DNA of 64,000 nt from Dendrobates tinctorius (Eukaryota). The stretch lies in NCBI RefSeq assembly GCF_039654945.1, contig NW_027361814.1, positions 11,222,001 through 11,286,000 on the forward strand, read 5' to 3'. Shown here one piece after another: positions 35,808 through 47,700 of this stretch. Below the pieces are notes generated by a model that was not told where the DNA came from, made no database searches, and saw nothing but the letters and a program-made list of their open reading frames with translations. Every line of letters starts with the position of its first letter. Positions within the stretch are counted from its first letter, which is position 1. The position numbers and the translations under genes are program-made.

Positions 35808-36538
35808 CTAGCTGAAGAGCCCGGCGCTGCCCGGGCATAGTAACTAACTGTGGTTAGTTATAGCAAATTATAATTATCCTCCATCCCATAGTCCCGTTCC
35901 CATATTCCCATCATACATATCCGCCATCCCATAGTCCCGTGCCCATATTCCCATCATACATATTCGCCATCCCATAGTCCCATGCCCATATATATACCCA
36001 TCATACATATTCGCCATCCCATAGTCGAGTGCCCATATGCCCATCACACATCCTCCATCCCATAGTCCCATGCCCATATACCCATCATACATATCCTCCA
36101 TCCCATAGTCCTGTGCCCATATACCCATCACACATCCTCCTTCCCATAGTCGAGTGCCCATATACCCATCATACATATCCTCCATCTCATAGTCCCGTCC
36201 CCATATACCCATCACACATCCTCCATCCCATAGTCCAGTGCCCATATACCCATCACACATGCTCCATCCCATAGTCAACCATTATGACATCATAATGAGC
36301 GGCGGGGCTTGCAACCTATGATGACATCAGCATCGCCATGGCAACCATTATGACATCATAATGAGGGGCGGGGCTTGATACACACACACTTTTTCCCCAT
36401 TATGTAGATAGGGGCAAAATTGTTTGATGAATTGGAACGCGCAGGGTTAAAATTTCGCCTCACAACATAGCCTAGGACGCTCTCGGGGTCCAGACGTGTG
36501 ACTGTGCCAAATTTTGTGGCTGTAGCTGTGACGGTGCG
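35808..36538 (-). mobile_element. Non-autonomous Helitron (3' end visible, 5' end probably in the gap) with internal minisatellite
   Basis: Minus strand ends with hairpin cccgg-gcagcg-ccggg, 8 nt, then CTAG followed by T; repeats of about 40 bp at 35876-36275. Confidence 0.7.
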
Positions 36539-36670
36539 NNNNNNNNNNNNNNNNNNNNNNNNNNNNNNNNNNNNNNNNNNNNNNNNNNNNNNNNNNNNNN
36601 NNNNNNNNNNNNNNNNNNNNNNNNNNNNNNNNNNNNNNNNNNNNNNNNNNNNNNNNNNNNNNNNNNNNNN
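36539..36670. other. Assembly gap (132 N)
   Basis: Run of n. Confidence 1.
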
Positions 36671-38011
36671 GGATTCACCCTATACCATCGATTCACGCGA
36701 CCTCGGTAGAGATCTGTGCTCTTTGACCCTCACCGATCGCTAGAACATGACATGTCAGATGATGTTTTAAAGGAGTTCTCCCACAAAGGGCAACAATCAT
36801 CCATCCGCAGGATACGGGATAAAAATATGATCGCTGAGACACTAATATTGGGACCCTTAACCGATCACAAGAACAGGGGTCCAGAGTGCCCCATTACTCC
36901 TCCATACACCACCGCTGGCAGTGTGAATAGAGCACGATCATATGGGTATCCAGCGATGTGTCACTTACTGGGCTGCTTGCTGTAGTTTTGATAAAATCAC
37001 TGTTTTATTAGCAGGAAATTATCACTGGAGGCCTAGTAAACCTGCTGCCAGGGAGTAAAATCTTGCCCCCACCATTGATTAACAGCTTTCTGCCTATGCA
37101 CAGTGTACACAGCTGCCAATCAGTGGTGTGAGCAGGGTTTACAGGGCTCAGCATTTGAGCACCACTAGATCTGCAGCAGGGAAAACTGTGATTTTATCAA
37201 AACTGCAGCAAGCAGCCCAGCTGGTGACACATCGCTGGAATCAAGGTCTCTGCCTTTACATTATTCTGTTCTCAGATAGGGTAGATAAAATCTGGTACCA
37301 GATTCTTTAAAAAGAGCAAAATACTCATCTTACTGATCCCCTACTGCGATGATACAGATTTCCACCGGTCCCCACTTCCTGCTGATGTCCTATCTCAAGG
37401 ACCTGGGTCACCACCATGACTGCTGCAGTTGATTGCTAGCCACGGGGGTGATTTATACCAGCTGAAAGTAGAGACCTATAGGAAATGGGCGACATCAGAA
37501 CAGGAGCAGCGGAGGATCTGTAAGGGGAGTACTGCTTCTTTTAATATGTAAAATATGACGCCCATATGACTGGGATTCGAAAAACATGTCTGCTATCTTC
37601 CAAAAACAGCGCCACATCTGTCCTCAGGCCATGTGTGGTATCGCAGCCTAACTTCACGTAAGCAAATGAGCTGAATTTCAGCACCAGGCACAGTCTACCT
37701 ATTAGGCTGGGGGTAGATAACTTCGGTAGGGGGACATAAGGATTGCAATACTGTGACATCCCATCTAATGTCTGCCAGGGGGATGATCTTACAACTTAAT
37801 GCGATCTCAATCGGACAGTCAGAAAAAAATCCAACTCTTCAATTGTTGGCTGCAAGTGACAAGTTGCCATAACAGACTGCAGTACTAGTGAGTGTATTTT
37901 TATTTTATTTTTTATTTTACTGCCAAGTTACAGCCGTAGATGAGCCGCTGTACAGTATATCACAGGAAAATTGTGCACGTTATTAGGTCACTTGGCTTGT
38001 CTGAGACTTAA

Positions 38012-38622
38012 GGCCCTTTTACATTTAGCGATGCACCAGCGATCCAACCCGGTACTGTACATCACATGCAGTTCTGCTGCGGATCCGCAGGGCCAAATCC
38101 ACTGCAGAATCCGCACTGTGTGCACATAGCCTTAGGCTATGTTCACACGTTGCGTTTTTGTTGCATTTTTTTTTTCCCATAGGTAAAACCTGCTCTTTGT
38201 AAGCAGCTTTTTTACTGCCAAGAGAGCAGGTTTTACCTTTGGAAAAAAAATGCTGTATTTTTTTTGCTGCGTTTTTCTTTCCTCTTGTTCATGCCGTTTA
38301 GATTTACTTTCCCCAAAAAATCATGATGCAACTTCCTTAAGGTTCTTGCACCCAAAACGCAGCAAAACCTGATATCTGCGTGTTTTTGCTGCGTTTTTGC
38401 ACTAACCCATTACTCTCTATGGGTGAAATAATGCTACAAAAAACGCTGGACGAACTGACATGCTGCAGTTTGCAAAATCGCAACAGTTTTCCAAATTGGT
38501 GAGGAAAAATAAAACAATGTGTGCGTGAGATTTCTGAATTGTCATAGCTTTTGCTGGGACTGTAAAACGCAGCTTAAAATTTGCATTAAAAAGCTGCAAC
38601 AATGCCCAGTGTGAACACAGCC
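38012..38622. mobile_element. Two abutting Harbinger-type MITEs
   Basis: 38012-38131 and 38135-38622 (ggctatgttcacac / gtgtgaacacagcc) share a TTA junction. Confidence 0.65.
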
Positions 38623-39976
38623 TTTAAGGGGATTTCCACCTTTGTTTTAAAAAAAACAAACCATATACTATTCTTTACTCATCTTCCCCAGGTCCAGCTC
38701 TGACTCTCCACCACTGCCTCTGATGTCTGGTATTGTCTACACCGCTGGTGTCACGTCGACAACACTGCAGCCAATCATTGAGCTCAACAGCTCTGGTAAC
38801 CGTGGATAGCATATGACGCTCAGAGCTGCTGAGCTCACTGATTGGCTGCAGTGCTGTGGAAGGGATGTCGGTGCTACAAACAGGGCCGACGTTAGGGGCA
38901 GGCAGACTAGGCAGCTGCCTAGGGCCCCCACTCCCCCAGAGGCCCCCAGTTAGGGGCATGTCACACAGTCCCTATGTGGCCCATGAGGCAGGGGAGCCTG
39001 CCTGCCGCCAGCACCGACTCCCCCCGCCACCACATTGAACTATACGCCGGTACAGTTCAAAGCAAAGATGGAGGAGAGAGCATCAGCTGACGCTCTCTCT
39101 CCCATCATTCCCCGCTCTGCCTGTGAAACTGCGGGTGCGCGATGATGTCATCACACACTCACTGTGTGCCAGGCAGTGCAGCCGCTGAGACAGGAGCCAG
39201 GAGCAGCGCGGGCACGAGGAGAGGTGAGGAGTGTGGTTTTTTAATTTTTTAATGTAACAGTGAGTACTGGACTCTGGGGCCATTCTGGGGGGGGAGGGGT
39301 TATATTCTAAGTGTTGTGCTGCATACCATGTGGTGTTGTGATATATACTATGTAGTGCTGTGCTATATACTATGTGGTGCTGTGCTATATACCATGTGGT
39401 GTTGGGCTATATACTATGTGGCTGTGTTATATACCATGGGGGGGTACTTTATACATTATATTCTATTGGGGAGGCTGTGTTATATGATATGGGGGGCTAC
39501 ATTATATTCTATGGGGAGGTGGGCTGTATTATATTCTATGGGGGGGCTATATTATATTTAATATATTCTATGGGGGTGATTGCATCATACTATATGAGCG
39601 GGCTGCATAATACCGTCTTTCCCCGAATATAAGACACCCCCGAATGTAAGACGTACTAGGGGAATAATGGGGGATGACTAATGTAAGACATCCCCCGTTT
39701 ATAAGACATAGCGGATCAGCGGTGCCCCGAAAGTAAGACGTTGTGCGGTACCGGTATAATGCATTAGGTTTAACATACCAGTACCGGTGCCTGTGTCCCC
39801 CTGTGTCCCCCGGGCAGAAGTCAGGGCCTCTCTGATTGGCCCAGCGGCTTCTGTGAGCCCGCCCGCCGGCCGCCGCCCTGACGTCACCGCTCATTGGCCA
39901 GTGTCCCCCTGCACGAGGAAGAAGAAGCCTGCCCTGCCCTTTCCCGCACCGCAGAGGAATCACCATCCGGTAAGCA

Positions 39977-40520
39977 ATGGCTGTGGGATACTGTACCATA
40001 CCGTAATGGCAGGCTGTGGGATATTGTACAATGGCAGGCTGTGGGATACTGTACAATGGCAGGCTGTGGGATACTGTACAATGGCAGGCTGTGGGATACT
40101 GTACAATGGCAGGCTGTGGGATACTGTACAATGGCAGGCTGTGGGATACTGTACAATAATGGCAGGCTGTGGGATACTGTACAATGGCAGGCTGTGGGAT
40201 ACTGTACAATGGCAGGCTGTGGGATACTGTACAATGATGGCAGGCTGTGGGATACTGTACAATAATGGCAGGCTGTGGGATACTGTACAATGGCAGGCTG
40301 TGGGATACTGTACAATGGCAGGCTGTGGGATACTGTACAATGGCAGGCTGTGGGATACTGTACAATAATGGCAGGCTGTGGGATACTGTACAATGGCAGG
40401 CTGTGGGATACTGTACAATAATGGCAGGCTGTGGGATACTGTACAATGGCAGGCTGTGAGATACCGTACTGTAATGGCAGCAACCCTTCTGTATGGCAGG
40501 CTGCTGTGGGATACTGTATG
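39977..40520. repeat. 25-bp minisatellite inside the transposon's putative 5' UTR intron
   Basis: Unit atggcaggctgtgggatactgtaca, with occasional +3 variants. Confidence 0.93.
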
Positions 40521-40588
40521 GGACTGTATGGGTGACTGTGATACGGAACCATAAGCAATGCTTATACGCTATATTTTTGCCCCCAGAC

Positions 40589-41908
40589 ATGAGTGGTTCC
40601 GGTCCGAGTAAAAGGAAGAGCTACTCTGTGGAGTATAAAAAAGCCATGGTTGAAGAATCTTGGGGCAAAAATGTAGTGGAGTTCTGCAAGGAGAAGATGT
40701 TGGATCACCGACTGTTCCAAAAATGGCGTGCAGAATACACTAACCTGAGTGAGAAAGCGGAGAGTGGAATGGCTAAAAGGCGTAAGGTTGGATGTGGTCG
40801 GCAGCCAATGTATCCCGAGCTGGAAAGCCTGGTGTGTGAGTGGGTTGCTGACAGGAGAGCGAAGACATTGGTGGTGACCAGGGCTCAGATTCAGGAGTAT
40901 GCCCTTGCTGTGGCACCACAGTTTGACATTACCCCTGAACAATTCAAGGCGTCACAGCACTGGGTGGATAACTTCATGGAACGCAATGACCTGTCTCTGA
41001 GAAGATCCACGACCCTCTTTAGGCTGGAAGATGCAGAGATTGTGAAACGTGCATTTGCCTACAAGATGTTTGTGGATGACACTGACTTCTCCAAATACAA
41101 TCTTTGCCACATGATCGCCATGGATGAAACTGCTGTGTTCATGGGCCAAGCAGCTCAAACCACCGTTGATCAACGAGGTGCCTCCTCAGTGTACGTTCCC
41201 TCCACCGCTTATGAAAGTGCACGTGTCACCTGCATTTTGGCGATTCGTCTGGATGGCACTAAAGTCACACCTTTGCTGATTTCAAAGGGCAAGAAGGACA
41301 AGATAGAGCGGGTTTCTGGTATTTATGTGCTGGAAACGGAAAAAGCCTGGGCCACACAAGCGGTTATAAGGAAGTGGCTTGATTTAATGCTGCCGCTTGT
41401 TATGCGATGGAGCAAAAGAGGGATGCTGATCTGGGATGCAGCCAGCACACACCGGGCTAAAGACATGAAAAACTTCCTTCATGAGCGACGTATCGACCAG
41501 ATCATGATTCCGGCAGGGATGACGGCTTATCTCCAGACTCTGGATATCGCCATAAACAAGCCCTTCAAGGACAATCTGCGTGCGGAAATCAATGACTACA
41601 TTGAAAACCGTATGGAGAGGAACGTACGTGGGAACTTTGTTAAGCCAAAACTGCCTGAGATTGTGAACTGGGTGAAGAATTCATGGGATAAGATCAGTGA
41701 CACCTGCATTGAAAATGCACTGCGAGCTGGCTACCTGGACAAGGCCTGCTCATTTCAGGACAGTGCCATTGCTACCCATGAGAGATATGGGCCAATGATT
41801 CAGGCGGAAATGGATTCCCGAGAGTCCCAAGAAAATCCACAGGAACCTCAGAGTGTGGATGTTTACGATGATGTTCCTGAAGATGATGACATGGTTGTCA
41901 TCGAATAA
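40589..41908 (+). CDS. pogo/Passer transposase, 439 aa (Brinker-like DBD, CENP-B HTH, DDE_1)
   Basis: MSGSGPSKRKSYSVEYKK; FKASQHWVDNFMERN; catalytic AMDET, LIWDAAS and LQTLD with 35 residues between D2 and D3; acidic tail; no stops or frameshifts. Confidence 0.92.
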   Translation: MSGSGPSKRKSYSVEYKKAMVEESWGKNVVEFCKEKMLDHRLFQKWRAEYTNLSEKAESGMAKRRKVGCGRQPMYPELESLVCEWVADRRAKTLVVTRAQIQEYALAVAPQFDITPEQFKASQHWVDNFMERNDLSLRRSTTLFRLEDAEIVKRAFAYKMFVDDTDFSKYNLCHMIAMDETAVFMGQAAQTTVDQRGASSVYVPSTAYESARVTCILAIRLDGTKVTPLLISKGKKDKIERVSGIYVLETEKAWATQAVIRKWLDLMLPLVMRWSKRGMLIWDAASTHRAKDMKNFLHERRIDQIMIPAGMTAYLQTLDIAINKPFKDNLRAEINDYIENRMERNVRGNFVKPKLPEIVNWVKNSWDKISDTCIENALRAGYLDKACSFQDSAIATHERYGPMIQAEMDSRESQENPQEPQSVDVYDDVPEDDDMVVIE

Positions 41909-43780
41909 ATCTTGTTTTATCTTCCAGTATAACTTATTCAGACTGTTCATTGTTACCGTTTTTCATTGTTTTAAATGTTTTACATGTTATACATGGAAAT
42001 ACCGTCATGATACGGTTGTAACAAGACATTCTTGGCACTTTCTTGGGCACTTGGTTTAATAAAACTGTTTTGTGGTGAACACCACACTGTTCAGCTTGTT
42101 AATAAATGTTATTTTTTGGTTAAAACAAAAATTGTCATTTTTTTTTTCTAATATAAGACATACCCCGAAAGTAAGACATAGTGGGACTTTTGGGGGTCAA
42201 AAGAATGTAAGACACTGTCTTATATTCGGGGAAACACGGTACTATATGAGAAGGCCTCATTGTATTCTATTGGGGCTGCATTATATTCTATGGAGGGCTA
42301 GATTATATTGTATGGGGGATTCATTATACTTTATGAGGGGGCTACATTATATTCTATTGGGGTTGCATTATACTATTTGAGGAGGGCTACATTGTATACT
42401 ATGGAGGGGCTACATTATACTATATAAGGGGCTGCATTATATTCTATGGAGAGGCTGCATTATATTCTATGGGGGGTTACTTTATATTGTATGGCGGGGC
42501 TGCATTATACTCTTGGATGGCTGCATTATACTATATGTGGGCTGTATTATACTGTATCAAGGACTATGGGGAATACATTATACTATATGAAGAACTATGG
42601 AGTGCATTATACTATGGGAAGTGAATTGTACTACATGGATGACTGGTGGTGCATTATACTATATGGAGCACTATGAGGAGTGTATTATACTATATGGAGG
42701 ACTGAGTAGTGTATTATACTATATGGAGGACTATGGGGAGTGTATTATACTATATGGAGGACTGAGAAGTGTATTTTAATATATGGAGGACTGTGGGGAG
42801 TGTACTATATGGAGGACTGAGGAGTGTATTATACTAGCAACGGAGACTCATCACTGGACCTGGGCAGGGTGAATAAAACACAGTTTGTTTAAAAAAATAA
42901 ATAAACTGAATCTGGGATAGAGATTTTCCAAAAGTGGAAAACCACAATACTGTGGATTCCGATACTGCCTTGCAAAACTTTTACCCATCAGCTCACAAGG
43001 TGCAGGAGAGCAGCAAAATGATTTCATTATTTGTAAATATTGATACAAAGTTTCGAATTGTTCTGAAAAGTAACATTTCCCCGTAATAATTGTGTCCATT
43101 TGTCACTTTCGCATGTGACACGGCTCCATCCGTTACCCTCGCTGTAAAGATCGATGGGAGCGACCTGTTTTGTTTTCTTTGTGAATTATTTAGAATCCGC
43201 ATCAATCTGTAACCGGAGAACAATGACCCCTTAATGTCTGTTTTAATCTTTACCTTGAAATTCACATTATAACTAACCAACCAACGCTAATTTGAAGAGT
43301 GAGGCCAAATGGATGAGGAATTAAATGGATGATTGGGATGATGGGCAGATGGGAGATGAAAGAGCGGAATGACAGGATGGGGTAGTGTAAGTGCACGGTA
43401 ATTGTGGCTATGAAAGAGCACAATAGTAGGACACCAAGGACAAATAAATGGACTGGGTACCAGGATAAATAGACTTCTCCTCTCCTCCCCTTGTCTTGTT
43501 GTCATTCCAGTTTAGTGTCTTCTCCTCCCCCCCTGTTTCTCATGGCTGCTATGTCTCCTCCTTTATGGGATGCCCACTAAGCCAGAGGCTCCTACCTCAC
43601 AGAAAGAGTAGCCATCATACAGAGGAGACACCGAAGGGCTTCTGAGATCACACTGACTACAAACTATAGTTTCCAGACTCATCCTACTGAAAGGAAAAAT
43701 TAAAATTCTAATCCCTCCACAAGTCACTGAGGAATTTCCGGAACTCCCTGTAGGACACATCGGACATCACCTAGAACATA

Positions 43781-43937
43781 ATGGGGATGTTCAACTGCGA
43801 CAGTGGGGACGAAAAGATGAACTCCGCTCCGAAACATCTTCATACACCTTTCTCCATTGTGGACATCTTGAGTCAAGCCAAGGACAAGAAACCAAGGGAG
43901 AGTTCTGAAGAGAGTAAGACAGGGGATGAGGATGCAG
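43781..43937 (+). CDS. NKX1-2: NK1-family homeobox gene (NKX1-2-like) exon 1
   Basis: First ATG after in-frame TAG (43772); MGMFNCDSGDEKMNSAPKHLHTPFSIVDILSQ... contains the eh1 motif FSIVDIL; G|GTGAG donor in phase 1 matches exon 2. The true start could be a downstream ATG and orthology is uncertain. Confidence 0.75.
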
Positions 43938-44704
43938 GTGAGAGGAGGTGGAGAAGATGATGATCTTCTCCTGTATCTTCAGGGGGGGGGGTTCAGATTT
44001 TTGGTATAATTTTATTCACTTTTAAAAGTTTTTGTAGCTTTTTTCATATGGCCATATGATATGTTCAGGTGTATAGATCCATATCAAATGCACCGTAAAC
44101 AATGAGGGTTTTTTTTCTGGGGTTTCGGTGATTTTTTTGGAGTGTCAAAACATCACATTATCCGGTAGGCGTTTTTTTTGAGCGGAAACTCTTTAAATCT
44201 CAAAACTCCTCATAAACTTGGGGGTTTCATCTCAGTTTCTGCTCCAAAAACTCTGCTAAAAAACTCACGTGTGCACATAACTGGCTACTCCACAACAAAT
44301 GAGAAATTCAACAAAAAAAAAACTAATGTAACCAAAAAATAAAAGTAAAAATCACCAGTCAAAGTCGGTATTTTTTAAAAGGGTTAAATAACTTGTTGAT
44401 CACAAACTTTTGTAAAACTTTTGACAGTTTTAAACCTGGTGGTGCTGGGACTTTTAGATTCTCAATAGTGAGAGAGAGACAAAGGTTAACTATTTGACCA
44501 TTTCATTTAAAATACATATATATATATACCGTATATGACTTTCATAATGAGTTTCCTGATAACTGGTTACATTTATCCTTCTGACTTTACTATAGGTGAA
44601 GAAAAATTGGGATAGTAATCAACAAAATTGCAAATGTTTCAGATCTGATTCCAGTTTATTATTGGTCACTAGTTAGAATTTTTCAGTTTCGAGCAAAGCA
44701 AACG

Positions 44705-47700
44705 ATGTCTGTATGGGGGGATATCATTCCGCTGTGTCTGTATGGGGGGATATCATTCCGCTGTGTCTGTATGGGGGGATATCATTCCGCTATGTCTGTA
44801 TGGGGGATATCATTCCGCTATGTCTGTATGGGGGGATATCATTCCGATATGTCTGTATGGGGGATAACATTCTGCTATGTCTGTATGGGGGATATCATAC
44901 CGCTATGTCTGTATGGGGGATATCATTCCGCTGTGTCTGTATGGGGGGATATCATTCCGCTATGTCTGTATGGGGGATATCATTCCGCTATGTCTGTATG
45001 GAGATTATCATTCCGCTATGTCTGTATGGGGGGTATCATTCCGCTATGTCTGTATGGGGGATATCATTCCGCTATGTCTGTATGGGGGGATAACATTCCG
45101 CTGTGTCTGTATGGGGGGGATATCATTCTGCTATGTCTGTATGGGGGGATATCATTCCGCTATGTCTGTATGGGGGATATCATTCCGCTATGTCTGTATG
45201 GGGGATATCATTCCGCTATGTCTGTATGGGGGATATCATTCCGCTATGTCTGTATGGGGGGATATCATTCCGCTATGTATGGGGGATATCATTCCGCTAT
45301 GTCTGTATGGGGGATATCATTCCGCTATGTCTGTATGGGGGGATATCATTCCGCTGTGTCTGTATGGGGGATATCATTCCGCTATGTCTGTATGGGGGAT
45401 ATCATTCCGCTATGTCTGTATGGGGGGATATCATTCCGATATGTCTGTATGGGGGATAACATTCTGCTATGTCTGTATGGGGGATATCATACCGCTATGT
45501 CTGTATGGGGGATATCATTCCGCTATGTCTGTATGGGGGATATCATTCAGCTATGTCTGTATGGGGGGATATCATTCCGCTATGTCTGTATGGGGGATAT
45601 CATTCAGCTATGTCTGTATGGGGGGATATCATTCCGCTATGTCTGTATGGGGGATAACATTCTGCTATGTCTGTATGGGGGATATACCGCTATGTCTGTA
45701 TGGGGGATATCATTCCGCTGTGTCTGTATGGGGGATAACATTCCGCTATGTCTGTATTGGGGATATCATTCTGCTATGTCTGTATGGGGGATATCATTCC
45801 GCTATGTCTGTATGGGGGATATCATTCCGCTATGTCTGTATGGGGGGATATCATTCCGCTGTGTCTGTATGGGGGATATCATTCCGCTATGTCTGTATGG
45901 GGGATATCATTCCGCTATGTCTGTATGGGGGGATATCATTCCGATATGTCTGTATGGGGGATAACATTCTGCTATGTCTGTATGGGGGATATCATACCGC
46001 TATGTCTGTATGGGGGATATCATTCCGCTGTGTCTGTATGGGGGGATATCATTCCGCTATGTCTGTATGGGGGGATATCATTCCGCTATGTCTGTATGGG
46101 GGATAACATTCTGCTATGTCTGTATGGGGGATATACCGCTATGTCTGTATGGGGGATATCATTCCGCTGTGTCTGTATGGGGGATAACATTCCGCTATGT
46201 CTGTATTGGGGATATCATTCTGCTATGTCTGTATGGGGGATATCATTCCGCTATGTCTGTATGGGGGATATCATTCCGCTATGTCTGTATGGGGGGATAT
46301 CATTCCGCTATGTCTGTATGGGGGGATATCATTCCGCTATGTCTGTATGGGGGATATCATACTGCTATGTCTGTATGGGGGGTATCATACCGCTATGTAT
46401 GGGGGATATCATTCCGCTATGTCTGTATGGGGGATATCATTCCGCTATGTCTGTATGGGGGGATATCATTCCGCTATGTCTGTATGGGGGATAACATTCT
46501 GCTATGTCTGTATGGGGGATATCATACCGCTATGTCTGTATAGGGGATATCATTCCGCTGTGTCTGTATGGGGGATGTCATTCTGCTATGTCTGTATGGG
46601 GGATATCATTCCGCTATGTCTGTATGGGGGGATATCATACCGCTATGTCTGTATGGGGGGATATCATTCCGCTATGTCTGTATGGGGGATAACATTCTGC
46701 TATGTCTGTATGGGGGATATCATCGCTATGTCTGTATGGGGGATATCATTCCGCTATGTCTGTATGGGGGGGATATCATTCTGCTATGTCTGTATTGGGG
46801 ATATCATTCCGCTATGTCTGTATGGGGGATATCATTCCGCTATGTCTGTATGGGGGGATATCATTCCGCTGTGTCTGTATGGGGGATATCATTCCGCTAT
46901 GTCTGTATGGGGGATATCATTCCGCTATGTCTGTATGGGGGGATATCATTCCGATATGTCTGTATGGGGGATAACATTCTGCTATGTCTGTATGGGGGAT
47001 ATCATACCGCTATGTCTGTATGGGGGATATCATTCCGCTGTGTCTGTATGGGGGGATATCATTCCGCTATGTCTGTATGGGGGATATCATTCAGCTATGT
47101 CTGTATGGGGGGATATCATTCCGCTATGTCTGTATGGGGGATAACATTCTGCTATGTCTGTATGGGGGATATACCGCTATGTCTGTATGGGGGATATCAT
47201 TCCGCTGTGTCTGTATGGGGGATAACATTCCGCTATGTCTGTATTGGGGATATCATTCTGCTATGTCTGTATGGGGGATATCATTCCGCTATGTCTGTAT
47301 GGGGGGATATCATTCCGCTGTGTCTGTATGGGGGGATATCATTCCGCTATGTCTGTATGGGGGATATCATACTGCTATGTCTGTATGGGGGGTATCATAC
47401 CGCTATGTCTGTATGGGGGATATCATTCCGCTATGTCTGTATGGGGGGATATCATTCCGCTATGTCTGTATGGGGGATATCATTCCGCTATGTCTGTATG
47501 GGGGATATCATTCCGCTATGTCTGTATGGGGGATATCATTCTGCTATGTCTGTATGGGGGATATCATTCCGCTATGTCTGTATGGGGGATATCATTCCGC
47601 TATGTCTGTATGGGGGGATATCATTCCGCTATGTCTGTATGGGGGGATATCATTCCGCTATGTCTGTATGGGGGATATCATACTGCTATGTCTGTATGGG

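Larger units (their letters stand above)
39613..42239 (+). mobile_element. Full-length pogo-superfamily DD35D (Passer-type) transposon
   Basis: TA TSD; 24-bp TIRs ccgt(c/g)tttccccgaatataagaca with one mismatch; repeated subterminal taagac(a/g) motifs at both ends; single intact ORF. Confidence 0.93.
38881..42835. mobile_element. hAT-like non-autonomous element with AT/G minisatellite, interrupted by the pogo element
   Basis: Starts CAGGGCCG...; the tatattctatggggggct-type repeat continues on both sides of 39613-42239; no right TIR found. Confidence 0.55.

Noticed and set aside
39977-40520. CRISPR-like appearance of short repeats here and at 11256 and 56866
   Set aside because: Head-to-tail repeats with no unique spacers, no cas genes, and a eukaryotic context
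40493-40588. Longer 471-aa start for the pogo transposase
   Set aside because: The extension comes from the minisatellite/intron; the ATG at 40589 follows a splice acceptor
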